Shown here piece after piece: positions 58,693 to 64,000 of a stretch of 64,000 bases of DNA; within the stretch, counting starts at the first letter, position 1, and each line of letters opens with the position of its first letter. The translations under genes were made by a program, and so were the position numbers. Under the pieces are notes generated by a model that worked only from the letters and a program-made list of their open reading frames with translations, was not told the DNA's origin and searched no databases. Origin of the DNA: an uncultured Gammaproteobacteria bacterium. Its GTDB lineage: Bacteria > Patescibacteriota > Patescibacteriia > UBA10025 > JAHIVO01. The stretch is taken from contig CAYPXF010000001.1 of assembly GCA_964415025.1 (NCBI GenBank), positions 78,629-142,628 on the forward strand, given 5' to 3'.

Positions 58693-59458
58693 CTGGCTCT
58701 AGCTGTTCGCGTATTTCCAGCATGGCGTTCAGCTCTTTTGTGCACCAGGTATTTGGCACATATAAAAACGATCCCCGGGTAGCGTCCGGAACCTCGACAG
58801 TTTCAGACATAATGCACCTGCTGTCATCAATATGGCTCATGCCCACCTGGTGCCCTATCTCGTGCAGTATCGTAGAAGCGATAAACTGATCGCGCTGCCG
58901 GCTAGACCCAAATTCTAGATCGAGGATAGTATCATAAAAAAGCACTATACCGTCTTCTTCGACAGTCATGCCCACGTGCGATGGATTATCCGCATTGGCA
59001 TTGAGGCAAAGCACATAAAAAACCGCTTTCCTGCCGCCAGTGGATATATTTTGATGCCGTCTGGCTAATTTCCGTATGTGCTCATTGGTGTAGCTGCCTT
59101 GTAACAGCGCTAATTCTTCATTATAAACGACTTCATAGCCGTCTGGCTTTTGCAGAATTTTTTCAGCTTCCTCCTGTACATCAGCAAAGATTGATTCATC
59201 GAGCTCACATTCATCATACGAATCAACTTCAAAAACCAATTTCGTATAGTTCTCATCGAGCAAATAATCAGTTTTTCCATCACCGTCCCAGTGCAGACTA
59301 AAAAAATCCCGCACAACCGGATACCGGGCAAATGACTCACGCCAGCTTTCATTAAACCAGTTATCCTCATCCGCTACCGTCGCGAAATACCGGATCGTAA
59401 AATATGAACCAATCAATAGGATAAAAATAACCAGTCCGACGGTTAATATTTGCTTCAT
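58676..59458 (-). CDS. membrane-anchored zinc metalloprotease (metzincin)
   Basis: HEIGHQVGMSH, CIM Met-turn. Confidence 0.85.
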   Translation of the reverse strand: MKQILTVGLVIFILLIGSYFTIRYFATVADEDNWFNESWRESFARYPVVRDFFSLHWDGDGKTDYLLDENYTKLVFEVDSYDECELDESIFADVQEEAEKILQKPDGYEVVYNEELALLQGSYTNEHIRKLARRHQNISTGGRKAVFYVLCLNANADNPSHVGMTVEEDGIVLFYDTILDLEFGSSRQRDQFIASTILHEIGHQVGMSHIDDSRCIMSETVEVPDATRGSFLYVPNTWCTKELNAMLEIREQLEPDAYDI

Positions 59459-59784
59459 AGTGAAAAGTTATCACCAGCCTCGAGTTTGACCCATGTTTCC
59501 CCTTCCCGGCGGTAGACCTTAAACGTGTGGACTTTTTCGGTGTCTGAATATAGCTTTTCCACGTGTGTTTCACTGCCAATGCGGCGTGAGCCGATTGTTT
59601 TTTCATCGACAACGAGCGGTGTACTAGTACGCTCGAGCTTCATCGTGCCCAGCGGGCCTTGGAAAACAATATACTCAACCAGGCCGGGTCCATCATCATC
59701 TGACAGCTCGCGTGTCTCATGTTCTATTACTTCAAATTCGTCCTGCACTCGGGCGATGATATCCCGCCATTTTTTATCATGCAT
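59455..59784 (-). CDS. hypothetical protein
   Basis: ORF with 4-bp overlap to the next gene. Confidence 0.75.
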   Translation of the reverse strand: MHDKKWRDIIARVQDEFEVIEHETRELSDDDGPGLVEYIVFQGPLGTMKLERTSTPLVVDEKTIGSRRIGSETHVEKLYSDTEKVHTFKVYRREGETWVKLEAGDNFSL

Positions 59785-59848
59785 ATGGTAGCTAATTACT
59801 GTTCTATGGTATTATTGTACGTGGTTTGGCTGGTTCAGTCAAAATGTG

Positions 59849-60262
59849 CTATGCGGCGATATGCTGGTGTGCCTTATCCAGAATTAGTCGCACATTTGGA
59901 AAAGTCAGCCGCTGCCTGGCTTGTTCGTATTCCAGCCAGCAATAATCGCGGTGTTCGTCTGACAAGCTTATGGAATCGGATTTCGCGCGTGCGATAAAAT
60001 ACACTGCCTGCTTATGAGACAGCTTTCCCAAGCGGCGATATTTCCATGAATACGGCACCCGAAACGTGTCATCAAAATCAAGCTCTGCTAATCCGGTTTC
60101 CTCCCTGATCTCGCGTTTAGCCGCAGCAACCTCCCCTTCTCCCTGCTCAATATGGCCGCGCGGAAAATCCCAGTGTCCCTGTGGATACTGGAGTATTAAA
60201 TATCGCGGCCACCGTTCCCGTATATAATAAATAACTGCTCCGGCAGATTGTTCATCAAACAT
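59849..60262 (-). CDS. Nudix hydrolase, Ap4A hydrolase-like
   Basis: SAGAV, HWDFPRGHIE..AAKREIREETGL, LSDEH. Confidence 0.9.
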   Translation of the reverse strand: MFDEQSAGAVIYYIRERWPRYLILQYPQGHWDFPRGHIEQGEGEVAAAKREIREETGLAELDFDDTFRVPYSWKYRRLGKLSHKQAVYFIARAKSDSISLSDEHRDYCWLEYEQARQRLTFPNVRLILDKAHQHIAA

Positions 60263-60344
60263 ACATAGGTAATAATCACTGAAAAATCAGGACCGCTGCC
60301 TGCTGGCTAGCGGAGCCTGACTTTTCAAAATTATGAAACTGACG

Positions 60345-60512
60345 CTAGATCAGCCAGATCACTACAGCAGCGAGGATAATAACCAGGATTACGACCAGCC
60401 AAATACCAGCTTTGCTTCCGCCGCCACCCTGCTCCGGGGTTTCCGAGCCTTGAGGCGCGGGCTGCTGGCCGGCCGGCTGCTGCGGTTGGCCTTGTGGTTG
60501 ATTCTCCGGCAT
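60345..60512 (-). CDS. 55-aa tail-anchored protein (below the ORF track cutoff)
   Basis: Hand translation MPENQPQGQPQQPAGQQPAPQGSETPEQGGGGSKAGIWLVVILVIILAAVVIWLI*. Confidence 0.75.
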   Translation of the reverse strand: MPENQPQGQPQQPAGQQPAPQGSETPEQGGGGSKAGIWLVVILVIILAAVVIWLI

Positions 60513-60584
60513 AGTATAGGTTCCTTTTGTTAATAATCAACCTTATATATAAGTATACCTTATATGGTTAAAAATGTCCAATTG

Positions 60585-61130
60585 TTACGGTTTTTTAAGT
60601 GTATACAGGAGATATGCGGCCATAAAATACGGTTCCTTTATTTGACCCTGTTTGAGCATTGATTGCAGCTTTTTTTCCGTGACAAATTCATGCTCGATAA
60701 ATTCAGCTTCCTCGGGTTCTGGCCGGCCGCGGCGCAGGCCGCGTGCGAGGAAAGCGTAAAATACTGTACCGCTGCGGGCCGGATTGGCGTAAAAGCGTCC
60801 CAGCAGGCGCATACTGCGGGCCGTATACCCCCCTTCCTCGCGCAGCTCGCGCCTGGCTGCCTGCACTGGTGTCTCGCCTTTTTCCACGCCGCCACCAATT
60901 GATTGGAATATTATTTCATTAACAGGATAACGGTACTCTTTGCACAGTAAAAAATTCCCTCTTTGATCCACGGCAATTACCGCAACCGCGCGGGCGCCCT
61001 TGTCATTGATATAATAATCATATGTTTTACCGTTTGGCAGGAGAACGACGTCTTTTGATACTTTAACAAACTTGTTCTGATACAATATTTCTGAATCTAG
61101 TTTTTTCCATTTTTTCAGCTTTGTTTTCAT
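60585..61130 (-). CDS. Nudix hydrolase, ADP-ribose pyrophosphatase-like
   Basis: YRYPV, GGVEKGETPVQAARRELREEGGY, EEAEFIE. Confidence 0.9.
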   Translation of the reverse strand: MKTKLKKWKKLDSEILYQNKFVKVSKDVVLLPNGKTYDYYINDKGARAVAVIAVDQRGNFLLCKEYRYPVNEIIFQSIGGGVEKGETPVQAARRELREEGGYTARSMRLLGRFYANPARSGTVFYAFLARGLRRGRPEPEEAEFIEHEFVTEKKLQSMLKQGQIKEPYFMAAYLLYTLKKP

Positions 61131-61240
61131 GTTTTTAGTATACCACGATTAAACACAAAATTCCCCCTTGACATAACAGTGTTTTTATAGTACGGTACTC
61201 TATTCTGCTCATTTCATCAAAACATTCCAAGGAGGAACAC

Positions 61241-62056
61241 ATGCAAGGACACAAGGAACTTGAAGCAATCCCTGGCATTATCGCTAAAGTAAACATGGGC
61301 CATGAACCGGGCGATCTGGTAATTGATACCCACGGAAAATGCTATGCCCGGAAATGCTATGCCCGGCCCGCACAAAAAATCGAATTCAGCTTGGATTTTA
61401 CCGAACATCTGGATAATGTGGCCGCCCTTAAAATAACAGGCAGTACTGTGCAGGCTCTGCGGTCACACCGATCGGAAATTGGTTGCCGCTACCGCATCAC
61501 TATTCGGGTCATCAGAAACAATGATGTCGTATTCACTCCGTACGCGCATAATAACATCCGGCTGTTGACCGTGACTCCGGATGGCCATGGAGAATTGTGG
61601 GCTGTCGGGCTGGTTATCCAGCGCGGGCAGCTATACCTGGTCGAACACCGGATGTACGAATTCCAGTGCTACCGAGCGAATAACGGTCATCTTATTTGCC
61701 CGGTATTCCAGCAAAAGTATTCTTGCCGGTCCAGCTGGTCAGAAATGCTTACGCTCATCCGGGACATGGTGCCGGCACCGCGGACAGAACTGCCGCCGAT
61801 CGAGGAGTATGATACTCCCGAATCGGCAGAAAATATCCTCGACAGTAATGAGGGTATGATTCAGTGGTTTGATCCCTTCATGGGCATGGGCGCGGTACAA
61901 ACCCGACACGGTATCGCCCGGGTTACGGCAGACCAAATCCAAGGCAACGGCAATCTGGTTAATCCGGCTCCGGATACCAAGTGCTCATTCAGTAAAATTG
62001 TACGACCTGAAAAAGGCTCGTTCAAACTTGAGGTCAAGGATGTTTACCTCGTGTAA
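61241..62056 (+). CDS. hypothetical protein with C-terminal cold-shock/OB-like domain
   Basis: Promoter TTGACA, SD AAGGAGG, terminator 62064-62098; GMIQWFD...GMG. Confidence 0.7.
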   Translation: MQGHKELEAIPGIIAKVNMGHEPGDLVIDTHGKCYARKCYARPAQKIEFSLDFTEHLDNVAALKITGSTVQALRSHRSEIGCRYRITIRVIRNNDVVFTPYAHNNIRLLTVTPDGHGELWAVGLVIQRGQLYLVEHRMYEFQCYRANNGHLICPVFQQKYSCRSSWSEMLTLIRDMVPAPRTELPPIEEYDTPESAENILDSNEGMIQWFDPFMGMGAVQTRHGIARVTADQIQGNGNLVNPAPDTKCSFSKIVRPEKGSFKLEVKDVYLV

Positions 62057-62104
62057 TATTCTCTCCCCTGGTTATGGCCATAACCAGGGGATTTTTTTAT
62101 GTAA

Positions 62105-62290
62105 TTAAATACAAACCGAACCTCGACAAAGAAACTGACAACAGCACCTACCAAAAAAAATGACCACGCCAAAAATTAAGGACATAACCGGCACGCTGTT
62201 AATCAGCCGGCTGGCCATGACTTTATGGATGACATTGGAGCCGGCCCAGACCAAGGCTGCCGCCAGCGCTAAATTAAAACCAATACCCAT
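62105..62290 (-). pseudogene. truncated EamA/DMT-like fragment
   Basis: ALAAALVWAGSNVIHK start, then frame breaks after about two TMs. Confidence 0.5.
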
Positions 62291-62323
62291 AGCGGACTAT
62301 ATAATAATTTGCATCATATCGGC

Positions 62324-62695
62324 TTATTTTTTTCTCAAATGGTTTTTGATCTCTTGGAGTGTTTCTTTGATTTCGTCAATTTTTTCTCCGGATGCCACGT
62401 CTACTTCATAATCCAGCACGTCACGGATTTCATTTTCGCGCGATTCCCTGTTTTGGGCCATCAATACGAATGTAGAAAGAAATATCGCCTCCAACGACAC
62501 CACCAGCACCAGGAAAATAAAGGGGTATGGATCCCACGCTTTATCTCCCAGGATAATATTAATAACAATCCACGCAGTGAATATCGCAGCATGTACCCAG
62601 ACAAACCAGATATTCCCGACAAAATCAGAAATTTTATCGGCCAGCTTATCCGACCAGCTTAATTTCTCCTCGATAATTTTCTTTCGTCTGGCCAT
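62324..62695 (-). CDS. DUF1003 membrane protein
   Basis: ADKISDFVG, DPYPFIFL..SLEAIFLSTFVLMAQNR. Confidence 0.9.
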   Translation of the reverse strand: MARRKKIIEEKLSWSDKLADKISDFVGNIWFVWVHAAIFTAWIVINIILGDKAWDPYPFIFLVLVVSLEAIFLSTFVLMAQNRESRENEIRDVLDYEVDVASGEKIDEIKETLQEIKNHLRKK

Positions 62696-62964
62696 ATGAT
62701 TATAATTACTAATTTATAATGTATAATTTAGAATTAAATTCTAAGCAGGAATATCCCCGCCACAAATATCTATTTTTTCAATTAAGAAGGGGGGTCCCGC
62801 CTTAGTGCCGAGCTAGCCGAGGCACGGATGGCGGTGATAATTTCTAACCAACTCCTAATTCCCAATTATCCAATTATTAGATAAATTTTGCAAAATTATT
62901 AGTACATTAGACATTGGTGTTTTGAATAGAAATTAGATATTAGGAATTGGAAATTAGGAGACTG

Positions 62965-63999
62965 TCAGTCTTGAGAATCTGATTTTGAATGGTAATAATT
63001 TCTCCCTACCAACTTCTTCGGCAAATACTCTTGTTTCCCTTCTTCCTCACTATAGTCATGCGAATATTTATAGTCCTGGCCGTAGTTGAGATCTTTCATC
63101 AGGTCGGTTACGGCGTTGCGTAAATGCAATGGTACTGGTTCATTCATCGTATCTTTGACATCCCGCTTGGCCTCCAGCAGACCGACATAAGCGCTATTAT
63201 CTTTTGGCGCTTTACTTAAGTATATCACGCCATGCGCTAAATTAATTTGGCACTCGGGATAACCGATTTTTTGCACTGCTTCGAATACATCCAGAGCGAT
63301 TCGTAAGGCGCCCGGATCTGCCATGCCCACGTCTTCCGAGGCAAAAATAACCATCCGGCGGGCAATAAACTCCGGATCCTCCCCAGCCTCGACCATTCGA
63401 TTGAGCCAGTAGAGCGCGCCGTTCGGATCAGAGCCGCGCATAGATTTGATAAAAGCGGAGATTACATTGTAGTGTTCTTCGCCTTTTTTGTCGTATTGCA
63501 GAACCTTATGCTGGAGGGCGTCTGCTACGGTTTTTTGGCCAATATGCTTAATGCCCTGGCTATCAGCAGAAGTGGCCTTGACAGCGATTTCTAAGGCATT
63601 GAGGGCGGTTCTGGCGTCTCCATTTGCCCCGGAAATAAGCAAATCCAGTGCTTTTGGAGCTAGTTTAACTTGCTGGCCACCTAGGCCTTTTTCCCTGTCT
63701 GTGAGGGCTCGTTTGATGATGCGGGACAATTGGGCCACCCCATGCCGCTCCATCACAAACACGCGCGAGCGGGACAGTAGCGGCGCGATAACTTCGAATG
63801 ACGGATTTTCCGTAGTCGCGCCAATCAGCGTAACAATACCCTTTTCTACATAGGGTAATAACGCATCCTGCTGGGCTTTATTCCATCGGTGTATTTCATC
63901 GACGAATAATATGGTCCGGTTATTATGCAGTTTGCGACGGTCAATAGCCTCTTTCACTATCTTCCGTAAATCAGCCAGCCCAGCCGTGACCGCGCTCAC
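62965..63999 (-). CDS. rarA: replication-associated recombination protein A (5' end outside window)
   Basis: FVDEIHRWNKAQQD, GATTENPSF, SAFIKSMRGSD, ASEDVG, VPLHLRNA. Confidence 0.96.
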   Translation of the reverse strand: MSAVTAGLADLRKIVKEAIDRRKLHNNRTILFVDEIHRWNKAQQDALLPYVEKGIVTLIGATTENPSFEVIAPLLSRSRVFVMERHGVAQLSRIIKRALTDREKGLGGQQVKLAPKALDLLISGANGDARTALNALEIAVKATSADSQGIKHIGQKTVADALQHKVLQYDKKGEEHYNVISAFIKSMRGSDPNGALYWLNRMVEAGEDPEFIARRMVIFASEDVGMADPGALRIALDVFEAVQKIGYPECQINLAHGVIYLSKAPKDNSAYVGLLEAKRDVKDTMNEPVPLHLRNAVTDLMKDLNYGQDYKYSHDYSEEEGKQEYLPKKLVGRNYYHSKSDSQD

Positions 64000-64000
64000 C

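Noticed and set aside
60331-60540. Track ORFs of 69 aa (-) and 66 aa (+)
   Set aside because: The better-supported gene is the 55-aa frame 60345..60512 (-) with a clean TM
1-64000. Alternative genetic code 25, prophage, tRNA/rRNA
   Set aside because: Core genes are intact under code 11 and TGA is used as a stop; no phage hallmark genes or cloverleaf/rRNA signatures seen

Overview
Bacterial chromosomal window that looks like Patescibacteria/CPR (Parcubacteria/ABY1-like). Signs of this are SD-less core genes, an archaeal-type pyrH, RplL with an acidic N-extension, a TTCGG-N6-TTCGG LexA box and 'VLG..LPxTG' surface proteins. Layout: (1) 0.5-16 kb, an accessory signalling region with three HisKA_7TM-type receptor genes, AT-rich enzyme genes, two apparent pseudo-enzymes, a RAYT with REPs, a four-helix-bundle element and a 1-kb array of six promoter-hairpin-terminator units; (2) mraZ-rsmH-ftsL-ftsI-murF; (3) orphan cassettes, lexA-dinB, tsaB, rplJL, pyrH, mltG, manC, pcm; (4) a 15-kb surface-protein island (TasA-like, SipW fusion, two LPxTG adhesins, CAP proteins) with long structured leaders; (5) housekeeping and transport genes up to a partial rarA. 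The best candidates for undescribed systems are the methyltransferase/GNAT-like/7TM-kinase cassette with an intragenic GC step, the small-RNA array, the LexA promoter that reads antisense through a peptidase gene, and the SipW-substrate fusion. No rRNA, tRNA or CRISPR was seen. All family calls come from motif recognition by eye, not from database searches.
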